Assembly: GCA_030167865.1 (NCBI GenBank)
Contig: JALAGF010002515.1
Coordinates: 1-32,645, forward strand
Origin: Craspedostauros australis
Taxonomy: Eukaryota
Direction of reading: 5' to 3'
Length of the DNA: 32,645 nucleotides
In this document: piece after piece, positions 1 through 9,214 of the stretch
Layout of the letters: every line of letters begins with the position of its first letter
Numbering within the stretch: position 1 is the stretch's first letter
Program-made: the position numbers and the translations under genes
Notes under the pieces: generated by a model
The model's input: only the letters and a program-made list of their open reading frames with translations
Database searches by the model: none
Told to the model about the DNA's origin: nothing

Positions 1-234
1 ACGGAGGTATGTCATCGACCAAATTGGAGAAATGACGTCATATGGTGACGTATTCTTGCGACACCATGAAGACAAAAACAAGTCAGATGATGACGTGTTT
101 GTGAGCCGACAGCACTCGGGAAGAAGTAGTGGAAATATCAGGTACATGATTTACCGCGGCTCCCACTTAGTACCTGCACCGTTAATTGTGGTCTCAACAC
201 ATGTCGCACAACCGGCCGAGACGAGCAGAGAAAA

Positions 235-426
235 AGGTGAAAGTACTCCAGACTCGACGAAAGTACTGAGGAGTAGGTGAAAGTACTCAACACTCGACGA
301 AAGTACTCCAGACCCGACGAAAGTACTCAAAACTCGACGAAAGTACTCGAGAGTAGGTGAAAGTACTCAGGATTAGGTGAAAGTACTCCAGACTCGACGA
401 AAGTACTCAGGATTAGGTGAAAGTAC
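235..426. repeat. 20-bp tandem array (9 full units + 1 partial), core GAAAGTAC, two unit variants
   Basis: GAAAGTAC recurs exactly every 20 nt at 239, 259 ... 419. Unit tails are type A (e.g. CAGACTCGAC) or type B (e.g. AGGATTAGGT), in order A B A A A B B A B. Confidence 0.95.
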
Positions 427-436
427 CGTTTCGATG

Positions 437-458
437 AATAACCGAAATAACGGTTATT
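437..458. other. Perfect 8-bp inverted repeat (hairpin) next to the array
   Basis: AATAACCG (437-444), loop AAATAA, CGGTTATT (451-458). Confidence 0.7.
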
Positions 459-1165
459 ATCTAATATTTAACGTCCTCAATGGTGTCAACGGAGTTTGAC
501 TAATCAGAATAATACATTGATGCACAAATGCCACGTCAGCATTGACATTCTCGGACGTTTCTTCGATCGTTTCGTCGAAATTCCCGTGTCTTGCAGTGGA
601 AGCACGTTGCGCACATCAGAAAGTGGAGCGCGGCTGATGCGAATTGCCGTTTCGAATAGCTGTTGGATACCCGTTCGCATTCGACGCGCCATGTGTGTCA
701 TGTGACAAGGTTGAATGGTCGCGTACGACACCATCTACTGCTCTCGTTACAACCGCTCGCACAAGAACCACAATTATTGTGTTTTGGTCACGAATCGTCG
801 AGGGGAGAACTTCCCAATTAAAAATACCCGCTGGACGAACGACAAATTTCGCGGAATGACCATCGCCAACTAAGATCAAACTGGTGAGGGTTCCATGCAA
901 TCGTTTGATTCCGCTTTTTCAAAAAGCGAATTCAAAGCGGTCAAGCGAATCACTTTATTCGTATGGGTCAAACCGCCTGCCATCTCCAAGCAAACATGAG
1001 GAAAAGCACGATCCAAACGCAAGTCCAAACGGAACAGGAAGAACGCCTCTTCAAAACAACAGCAAGACGTAACGGCAATGGAAATGACGACAACGGAGAC
1101 GAGATCAAAAGTTCCCAAGCAACAGAGCGCAAAAACACTCACCGCTCCAAGCATTGCAACCGACT

Positions 1166-1216
1166 ATCATAATCATCAACATCATTATCATCATCATCAT
1201 CACCATCGTCGTCGTC
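1166..1216. repeat. Degenerate (CAT)n/(CGT)n microsatellite
   Basis: atcataatcatcaacatcattatcatcatcatcatcaccatcgtcgtcgtc. It explains the poly-His and poly-Ile shadow ORFs. Confidence 0.85.
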
Positions 1217-1246
1217 GATACCAGCAATACACAACAAACAAAGACA

Positions 1247-1854
1247 ATGACGCTACTATTCGAGACCTACACAGCCTACCTGGGACCTCTGCTGAAGAAG
1301 CACGAGGCAGGCTCTGCCATCAGATGGCAGGATCTGCAGCATTCCTTCAAGGCTGCCAAGTCGCTCTATCAAGGCAGGAACAACGACTTTGTAATGGTAC
1401 GGAACATCTCAGCATCCACAACTGCATGAGCATACGAACAGTGATGGACATGGCATTATTATAGAATAGAATGGAATACATCGTATCATTATACCAATGA
1501 TACAAGAGAATAGAATGGAATGGAACCCTGGACAACGCAATGAAGGGAACAGCGGAGGACTGCTCGTTGTACCAATCGAGAGCGAGACAGAGGACCAAGA
1601 CTGAACTCGCACAATGTAATATTCTACTATATTATATACTCGTATTGTATTGGACAACACAAAAGATGCACAAACGCATCTTGCGTGAGTCAATCAGCCT
1701 CCTCTCAAATGCATGCATGCATGAATAGAGACAGGCACGGAGATGGCAAATGGAAGAGGGGACAGGTAACCGTACTCGCAAGGGCATCGTCCTCATCCTC
1801 GCGCCACCAGCACTCCAGGTCGCCAAGAACAGGTCAACGAGCGACAGCACGTGA
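1247..1854 (+). CDS. Small hypothetical protein, predicted 2 exons (1247-1396, 1729-1854), about 91 aa
   Basis: ATG at 1247 follows an A/C-rich leader. Donor GTACGG at 1397, AT-rich intron with pentamer repeats, acceptor TAG at 1728. The phase-0 join reads MTLLFETYTAYLGPLLKKHEAG...NDFVM/RQARRWQMEEG...STSDST*. No recognisable domain. Confidence 0.4.
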
Positions 1855-2183
1855 ACACGCCAAGAAACTCGCTGAAACAGCATCTCAAACGTGCGCACGA
1901 CTCAGGCTCCGATTTGGGACAACCACCGAAGACGAAACCACCAACTGACCTCCGGGATCAGGCGAAGTGAGATGCAGGCATGCGAATGCCTCGCTTTCAG
2001 TGCAAGCAACTTCCGAAGCAGCGTCCAACGCCAAGATGAGAATCCATTTCGTGGTCAACCATCGCATCAAGAGGCCATCCTTCAGGGTGGTCGGCTTCGG
2101 CATCGCTGCTGTCGCTCTGGACCCCGTTCTGGCTCCGGTCGTTCCCATCAAGGCGTCCACCTCAGTTCCAGCTCCAAAAGTCC

Positions 2184-3204
2184 ATGTCCACACCAACGCA
2201 ACCAACAGTAAGTATACGCAACCTGCATCCTTCTCACGTCCAACTCCCACGATCATTCGTGCTGCTTGCCTCGCTGCCTTGACAACACCCATCCCTGCGC
2301 TCGCTTCTGTCCCTATCTCTCCGCGTCTGCACATGGAACTGCGTGTGGAACTGCACATACATATGCACGGGCCACTACCTATCGGTATGGTCTGTTGCAT
2401 GCATAACCACATCCAATGGATGTGCCGCCCCGCCGATATTCGTACGCTTTCGCTACGGAACTGTGCACTTTCGCTGCACCTCGCTTTGCGTCTCTGCTGC
2501 AATGCAAACGCATCCATGATTGCAATTATGTATTCATTCCACTCTACTCTATACCAATGCCATCTCAACGATCGCAGAGAAAGATGGAAGCATTGCACAA
2601 TGCACAGACAAAAGCATACCAAGAGGCAGCAACCAAGGCGATAGATCAATGGATCCGAACAGCGCCGCTTGAGCCAATGGAGGAGAACGACTCCGAACAG
2701 GACTACGTCAACCGATGCCTCAAGGCCCTGGTCGCCAAGGCACCCAAATGGCAGCTCAAGGAACCCAACGCGCTCGACTTGGCAATTCGCAGAAAGGCCA
2801 AGCTCATGTACGCCAAGTACAGTTCCAGCGCTTCCATTGCTGCAGCAGCAAAAGCCACGGCCGCAAGAGGCTCGGTTCCGGCAACGCCCGAAGACGGAGA
2901 GATGGAGGACGTTGCAGATGCGCAACAGAACAACAACAACAACAGAATGACCAGCCAGCCCGCCACACCCAATGAAAGCGCGGCTGAAGACGACGAAGAC
3001 GGAGAAATCGAGGACGATGCCACCAGCAATCCAGGTGATGCCATGAAACGAAAGATCCCGCCTCGACGCAAGGCCGCCCCAACCAAACGCATGCCCAACA
3101 AGATGGTGGCACGCAAGAAGCAGCCAGCCATCAAGGGTGGGCGCGGAGGCCGCGGCGGCATGACGACACGTGCCAAGCGCGGTGGCAGAGGTGGCAAGAA
3201 GTGA
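2184..3204 (+). CDS. Hypothetical protein with acidic middle and basic K/R + RGG C-terminal tail, predicted exons 2184-2207 and 2578-3204
   Basis: Donor GTAAGT at 2208 and acceptor CGCAG at 2577 give in-frame MSTPTQPT/RKMEALHNAQ.... Helical-looking N-terminal part, acidic EDDEDGEIEDD, and tail KGGRGGRGGMTTRAKRGGRGGKK suggest a nuclear or RNA-binding protein. An alternative start is the ATG near 2584. Confidence 0.65.
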
Positions 3205-3420
3205 AACCTCAGTATGGAATGCACCACCTTGTGTTCCATCGCGTCGAACCACATGCAGCAAACGCATGACTCCACTCGCACATCACGCCGTGGTATCGCA
3301 ATCACGAACAGTGCTTGTAGGTGGATGGCTGTATAAGCGTACTCGTGGATGTACCACATATGTCCAGGACCACTATAATTCATGTTAGGAACATTCAAAA
3401 CAGGGAATATAATGCGTGCA

Positions 3421-4524
3421 CTACCAATTATTCAATCCAAAGTCCTTGCCAACTTCCTTCTCGGTCTTCCGCCTGTCCTTGTACTGCTCGAGGGTCTTCT
3501 TGCGCTCCGTGCGGTCGTTGCCTGCCTTCTCGATCTCCGTGGCCTGCGCGAAGAACTCATCGACGACATCCTGCGATTCCTCCGCCGCATCGAGGACCGG
3601 ATCCGTGAAGTAGCGGTTGCCGAGGCCGGCCCGATCCCCTCCAATCTGGATCTTGGGGATCCCGTTGGCCTTGCGCCAGTCGTTGGAATCCCTGAGGGAG
3701 TAGGAGCAGCCGCAGTACTCCTGCTTGTAGAATTTCTGCTCGGCGGAGATCTGATACTTGCGCAGGGTCATCTCGTCGGACTGCCAGTCCCTGGCCCAGT
3801 AGTGCAGGCCTTGGTACCGGGCCGCCGCCCTCGCGCCGGAGTCGTCGACCTGCTTGGCGTCCTTCCATCGGGAGGTCGCGTTGGTGGTGGCGATGGCGTC
3901 GAATCCATGCTCATGCGCGTAAAGCGCCGTCCGCTCCATGCGCATATCGAAACAGTGCGTGCAACGGCGTCCGCGCTCGGCATCGAACTCCATGCCCTTC
4001 ATGCGTTCGTACCAGCGATCGGCATCGTAATCGCAATCGACGAAGCCGATGCCGAGATCTTCGCAGAAACGCTTGTTCTCGTCCTTGCGGATATCGTACT
4101 CGCGTTTGGGATGGATGTTGGGATTGTAGAAGAAGACGACGACCTGGCAATCCTCGAAGGACATCATCTCCTCCACCATGGCGCCGCTGCAGGGCGCGCA
4201 GCAAGAGTGCAGCAGGATGCGGGAGATGCCGGGCGGGGCCTTGGCGGATTTGCGTGGGCCTAACGCCAGTTTCTCTTGCAGACGTTGGCTCGCGGCCACG
4301 GCCCAGGCCGGAGCGTGCGTCGGCAATGCGGCGCCCTCGCTGTATTTGAGTTGGGGGTTGGTCTTGCCATTGTTAGTGTTGGAGTTATTGTTAGAGTTAT
4401 TGTTGGAGTTGGAGTTGGTGTGTCCATGATTGTGTCCATGATCGGCGGCATCTTCTTGGGCTGTCTGCAGATGATGTCCATTGCAGCCACCAACCTCGCT
4501 CAACTTCTCCTCCACGGTAGTCAT
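3421..4524 (-). CDS. queH: Epoxyqueuosine reductase QueH (DUF208) with N- and C-terminal extensions
   Basis: Family motifs are present in order: LLHSCCAPCS, FFYNPNIHPxxEYxxRKDE, ERGRRCTHCFDMRMERTA, SRWK, FYKQEYCGCSYSLRD. Intronless, 367 aa, with an Asn/His-rich N-terminal extension. Confidence 0.93.
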   Translation of the reverse strand: MTTVEEKLSEVGGCNGHHLQTAQEDAADHGHNHGHTNSNSNNNSNNNSNTNNGKTNPQLKYSEGAALPTHAPAWAVAASQRLQEKLALGPRKSAKAPPGISRILLHSCCAPCSGAMVEEMMSFEDCQVVVFFYNPNIHPKREYDIRKDENKRFCEDLGIGFVDCDYDADRWYERMKGMEFDAERGRRCTHCFDMRMERTALYAHEHGFDAIATTNATSRWKDAKQVDDSGARAAARYQGLHYWARDWQSDEMTLRKYQISAEQKFYKQEYCGCSYSLRDSNDWRKANGIPKIQIGGDRAGLGNRYFTDPVLDAAEESQDVVDEFFAQATEIEKAGNDRTERKKTLEQYKDRRKTEKEVGKDFGLNNW

Positions 4525-5663
4525 GGTGCGTTTCCCTCCTTCGCTGTCTGCTTCGGTCTGATCAGCTGCTATCTTCTGTAATGGAATACTCTAGTACGGT
4601 ATAATACCATGTGATAGCATGTAATGGTATGTGATAGCATGAACAAGAATCATCTCTCATTACCTACATTGCTTTCGCTCTTGGTTGCTCTCCCACCATT
4701 CCCTTGGTTCCAGTCATCTCCAATCATTGCGGAGGCAGCCGACGACAGCGAGAAACTGCGCAACTTGTTCTTCTTCACATCCGTCCGTCCGTCCGTCGAT
4801 CTCATGACATCACGCCACATCAATCCCGCCTTTGATCCTCGCGCTGTTCGTGTCTGTTGAGGCATGTGCAAGATATCCGTTCAGCATCTGTTGAGTTTTG
4901 TACAGCCCTCGTGGCTGAGGATGTTATTAACCTTTTGAAGCGCAACATTTTTGGCGCATCGTGACTTCTTCCAAAATTCCGTTGACACCGGAGGCAGTCT
5001 CCGCACTGAACAAAGACCGAGGATGGCGGCAACTCTGTTGTGGCATGGAGGCAAAGAGACAAGGCAGAGAGGGTCCAAATCGGTGGAAGGGAACCAAGAG
5101 TGAAGTGGAAGAGGAGCAAAGGAAGCCACATCCCAGTGCCACGAATGCCTGCCTGGTCTTGCGATATCCCCATACATAGATCCAAAGCGTATGGCACATG
5201 CACTCGCATTGCTCTGCGACTATACCCATCGACGAAAACGAAGTCTGGTTGTTCGTGTGTGATACTCCATCAACCAAGACATCCGAGTGTTACATCCACA
5301 CGTGCATCCCCACGTGTACATTACCATACCCAGGAAGAGAGAGAGAGAGGCTGTAGTCATAGTTCGCACTCCGTCCATTATTTGCGGCATTCGTCAATCA
5401 GTCGTCAATCAGTCGTAAACCAACAAAGCCGTCCTCTCTTGCAACTGCTATACTATCCTACTGGAGATGCCGTAGCACGAGGTAGAGGGACAAAGAGAGA
5501 GAGACTCGATACCGTGAACACGCGCACACAGAGACAGACACAGACACAGAGAGAGAGAAGCAACCAGACACATCACAACTACTCATACACCATCTACACC
5601 ACGCATACTATACCATATCATATCATATTATATCATATAATCCCATTGCTGAACAAAGCATTG

Positions 5664-7397
5664 ATGAAGATGAACTCAGTCTCCAATCCCAACGAATTCG
5701 AAGTCACGATCGAGGAGATGAACATCCACACGATGGACTGCGCTTCTCAGCTGCCATCATCTCATGCTCCACATTCTCCACATGCGACTACGAGAGCCAG
5801 CCCTGCGGGCAGTTCTACGGGCAATACTTCCATCAATGGGATGAATGGAATGAATACTGTGCATGGAATGCATGCCATCAATGGGATGAATGGAATGCAT
5901 CGTATGCCACTCGAAACCGTCCCAGAATGCGACTCAGAGGTCGAGGACGGTCTGGATGCCAGGGATGATGCGCGTGACGATGAGGCTTCTTCGTTGCATG
6001 CTGCGAGGGGAGAGCCTCTCGCATCGGAAGACTTGCAGTCCAACTTGGAGTCCATCCTCATGGCGGACATGCCTCTGGATGACAAGCTCGAGCTGCTCAT
6101 TGCTTCGGCAGAAGCGGCTTCTTCCTTGTCCACCGCAATATCGACGGCTGCCATGTCAGAGTCAGTATCAACGTCAATGTCAGCATCAATGTCAATGCCA
6201 ACATCCATGTCAGCATCAACGTCAGTATCAATGTCAATGTCAGCATCATCGTCTTCGCTGCCATCATCTCCGGTTGCGTCCAATGAGGATGCTCCTTCCA
6301 CGGCGGAGCACCACTTCCTCAATGGACGCAAGGCCACGGAGACGATGGAGCTCGATGCGGCGATCCGCAGCTTCAAGGCATGCATCCAGATCATGGAGGA
6401 CAAGCTCTTTGCCGCCTTTGTCTTCACCAAGCCCATCTCCTCCATGCCATCCATCCTGCAGCAGGCCGCGCAACAGGAAGGCATTGCGCACCATCACGAT
6501 GACTCCTTCGACGACCCCACCATGCTCTGTGAGGCCTACCAGTACCTAGGTCTGGCACACTTCAACTCCGGTGCCGTCAAACTGGCCTACCAAGCCTTCC
6601 GACGGTCGCTCAGATTGCGCCTGCAGTACGGCGTGGGCACCGACACCATACACCTCCTCCTCAACTCGGCGCTCAAGGTCATCCACAAGAGGGACGCCTC
6701 CTCCGATGTCCAGGCCCTGCGCGAAGCCCTGCAGAACAGCGTCACGCACGAGCAGCAGGCCGAACTGCACTGCTACAACGCCTACTGCGAACACGACGAC
6801 GAGGCGCACCAACCCGCCTCCGACGCGGCCGCACAGTTCCAACTGGCCCTGCAAGCCATCAAGGGCGACGACACCGATGAGGCCAACCTCCGCTACAAGC
6901 TGGGACACGTCTACGCCATCCTCAACGACAACGCCACCAGCCTCTTCGAGTTCCGTTCCGCCCTGCGCATCTCCAACAAATCCAACGCCCTGCACTGCAA
7001 GCACGGCATGTACGTCACGGCGCAGCAGATGGGACACTGCGATGACGACATCGAAACCTACCTCGACGCCCTGCCCATGGCCCTGGCGCAGGAGACCATG
7101 GGCGACGAATGCGTATTCCAAGCAGACCAAGACTCCATGGACGCCATCCAGCACTACCGCTACGCCATCGACCTCGAACAGATCGGGATCGGCAAGAACG
7201 ATCAGATCGGTGTGGCCGTGCTCTACACCAAGATGGGCGCCATTCACGAGTTGCATCAGCAGTATCAGGAAGCCATGTCGTGCCATTGTCATTCCCTCGC
7301 CATCTACGAACCCTGTCTCGGCAGTTCGCATCAGTGCACGCACGCGACGAAGGAAAAGATCAAGAGTCTTATGCTCACGTTGCGGGCGCGGCGCTAA
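5664..7397 (+). CDS. TPR-repeat protein (kinesin-light-chain-like C-terminal TPRs) with low-complexity N-terminus
   Basis: TPR-like helices EAYQYLGLAHFNSGAVKLAYQAFRRSLRL, LRYKLGHVYAILND and VAVLYTKMGAIHELHQQYQEAMSCHCHSLAIY. The likely start is ATG 5664, because the upstream part of the 5040 ORF is microsatellite/UTR-like. Confidence 0.8.
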   Translation: MKMNSVSNPNEFEVTIEEMNIHTMDCASQLPSSHAPHSPHATTRASPAGSSTGNTSINGMNGMNTVHGMHAINGMNGMHRMPLETVPECDSEVEDGLDARDDARDDEASSLHAARGEPLASEDLQSNLESILMADMPLDDKLELLIASAEAASSLSTAISTAAMSESVSTSMSASMSMPTSMSASTSVSMSMSASSSSLPSSPVASNEDAPSTAEHHFLNGRKATETMELDAAIRSFKACIQIMEDKLFAAFVFTKPISSMPSILQQAAQQEGIAHHHDDSFDDPTMLCEAYQYLGLAHFNSGAVKLAYQAFRRSLRLRLQYGVGTDTIHLLLNSALKVIHKRDASSDVQALREALQNSVTHEQQAELHCYNAYCEHDDEAHQPASDAAAQFQLALQAIKGDDTDEANLRYKLGHVYAILNDNATSLFEFRSALRISNKSNALHCKHGMYVTAQQMGHCDDDIETYLDALPMALAQETMGDECVFQADQDSMDAIQHYRYAIDLEQIGIGKNDQIGVAVLYTKMGAIHELHQQYQEAMSCHCHSLAIYEPCLGSSHQCTHATKEKIKSLMLTLRARR

Positions 7398-7485
7398 GCT
7401 ACTGTGCTACATTAGTTGCTATCATAACTCAGTTGCGTCAATTGTTCGTGGTCGCATGTTTGGCGTGAGTACTCGCGTGCAGCTG

Positions 7486-8376
7486 TCACTGCAAGTTCAC
7501 CCACGCGCTTCGAACCGTCACGTCGTACACCTGATCTTCATCGATCGCAACGCCCGATCCTTCGAAAGATCGCAGAACATGCTCCGACCACTCCACCTTC
7601 ACTGCGTCGCCCAGGCTTCGTTGCAGGTCGTCCGGAAACTGGGATACGAACCGCTGCGAATCGGTGATCAAGATCTGCGTCCTCGGATTCTGTTTCATGG
7701 CTTCCGCGCATCGCATGCACACCTGCTTGGCCAGATCCTCGTCGTAGAGAACGTCCGCCACGACGATCAGATCGGCCGCGATGTAATCGGAACGGAATAG
7801 GTCGAATCGTCGGAATTCCACGGTCCCCGTCAGATTCGCAGCCCGCACACCCACCTCGCATTGTTTTAATGGTTGAATATCGGTTGCGATCACATGCGCC
7901 GCGCCGCACATCATGGCGGCCTGCACTTCGAGGCCCACACCGGCACCCCATACCAGCACGGTGCCTCCTGTCGTCATCTTCTTGCGCAACTCGCGCGCCG
8001 CCACGACGGATCCCGGCCACGACACGATGCCGAAGGGATCCAGCACACGCTTCGAGACAATGCCGTCCATCATGTTGGACATCTGCGCATTCCAGTAGGC
8101 CTCCACGACCTGCGCGGGTTTCTCGCGTTCCCAGATCGTGATGTGCCAATCGTCCTCAATGGGGACGCTGCGGGATATCAGCGTGCTCGTCTCGCCGTCC
8201 TCCAGTTGGATGGTCTTGCGCTGTCGATGCGCGGGTAGGGCCGTGCAGTGTTGCAGTAATCGCGGACGTTGCTGTGGATGGGTCATCCAAGCCTTGGAGA
8301 TCGGTATGCCGATAGTCCAAAGGAGGATGGACAGTGCCATGGACACTGACCAAGGGATGGCAAGCTGTCTCATCAT
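7486..8376 (-). CDS. SAM-dependent methyltransferase (family 16 / METTL20-21-like), probably plastid-targeted
   Basis: DPFGIVSWPGS, motif I VLVWGAGVGL, post-I VIATDI, and DLIVVADVLYD (DxxY). N-terminal signal peptide with an ISKA|W cleavage site and a transit-like stretch. Confidence 0.8.
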   Translation of the reverse strand: MMRQLAIPWSVSMALSILLWTIGIPISKAWMTHPQQRPRLLQHCTALPAHRQRKTIQLEDGETSTLISRSVPIEDDWHITIWEREKPAQVVEAYWNAQMSNMMDGIVSKRVLDPFGIVSWPGSVVAARELRKKMTTGGTVLVWGAGVGLEVQAAMMCGAAHVIATDIQPLKQCEVGVRAANLTGTVEFRRFDLFRSDYIAADLIVVADVLYDEDLAKQVCMRCAEAMKQNPRTQILITDSQRFVSQFPDDLQRSLGDAVKVEWSEHVLRSFEGSGVAIDEDQVYDVTVRSAWVNLQ

Positions 8377-9214
8377 GAACTTCGGCTGTGGCTACTGATG
8401 TGACAGCGGGTGCAATGGTGTATGTACGAGTAAAGGCGAGCGTGTGTGGTGAAGGACCAGTCGGAACTGTTACAGCCAACGCAGTAGGAGCAGCGAGAGG
8501 TGTCCACAACAAGAGTTCCCGATAGTTGTGATGTTGATTGGCATTGATGGGTCGGATGGATCGAAGATACGAACAGGACCCACAAAACTCGGCGTCAGCC
8601 TGGCTTTGCTCACATCTCTTGACGTTTCGTCGGTCAATGGGTGTTTCGGCATACGTGTACCAATAGAATGTGCTGGTACTCCGCTCTCGCAATCCCATGG
8701 TCAATGAACATTGGGATACAATCACTTTCAGCATCTATCACCATCGCAATGGCCATGTTGCCAACCTTCGCGGTATCGCGATTGGTGCCGTGATCATCAT
8801 CGCGGCAAATCACTGGCATGTTCGCAGTCGCAAATTCAAAATGACTTCATTTAACGCCCATAACGGTTCAACGGATGCACTTCTCTCACAAAACAAAACG
8901 AAACCACTTCTTCTCATCGACGATCGCAGGGGACGACGATGCGACGAGGACGATACCGATGACGATGGTGGCAATGAAGGTACTCTGTCGACTTCCACTC
9001 TCTCCACTCGCTGCCGTACTCGTACGCATTGCCAACCCTGAAGCGGATCGTGCAAGCACAGATGCGTTGAGACCCAGCATCGAATTGTTTGGAATAGAGC
9101 AGGCGCCAATCATCACAGCGACGAACGGCATTCAAAGAAGCAGAGATGCATGTGCAGCATCACCAGCGGCGATCATCTCTTGCACAGCCAGCGAGGAGAA
9201 GACAGAGAACGCGA

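Noticed and set aside
235-426. CRISPR array
   Set aside because: The repeat core is only about 10 bp, the 'spacers' are 10 bp and recur, no cas genes are present, and the context is eukaryotic.
1078-1464. His-rich metal-binding peptide
   Set aside because: The poly-His arises from a (CAT)n microsatellite in a probable UTR.
1885-3267. 460-aa minus-strand ORF
   Set aside because: Antisense to the spliced plus-strand gene, runs through its intron, and has implausible composition.
3382-4263. 293-aa plus-strand ORF
   Set aside because: Antisense shadow of GC3-rich queH, with no motifs.
4639-4860. Short ORF with a signal-peptide-like start
   Set aside because: No recognisable domain or supported downstream exon, and it lies in the divergent intergenic region.
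5040-5663. N-terminal 208 aa of the 785-aa ORF
   Set aside because: Non-ATG start, and it translates GA/CA microsatellites and pentamer tracts, so it is most likely promoter/UTR.
6571-7800. 409-aa alternative-frame ORF
   Set aside because: T/P/S/R-rich off-frame product of the TPR gene's codon bias that runs into the antisense of the methyltransferase.
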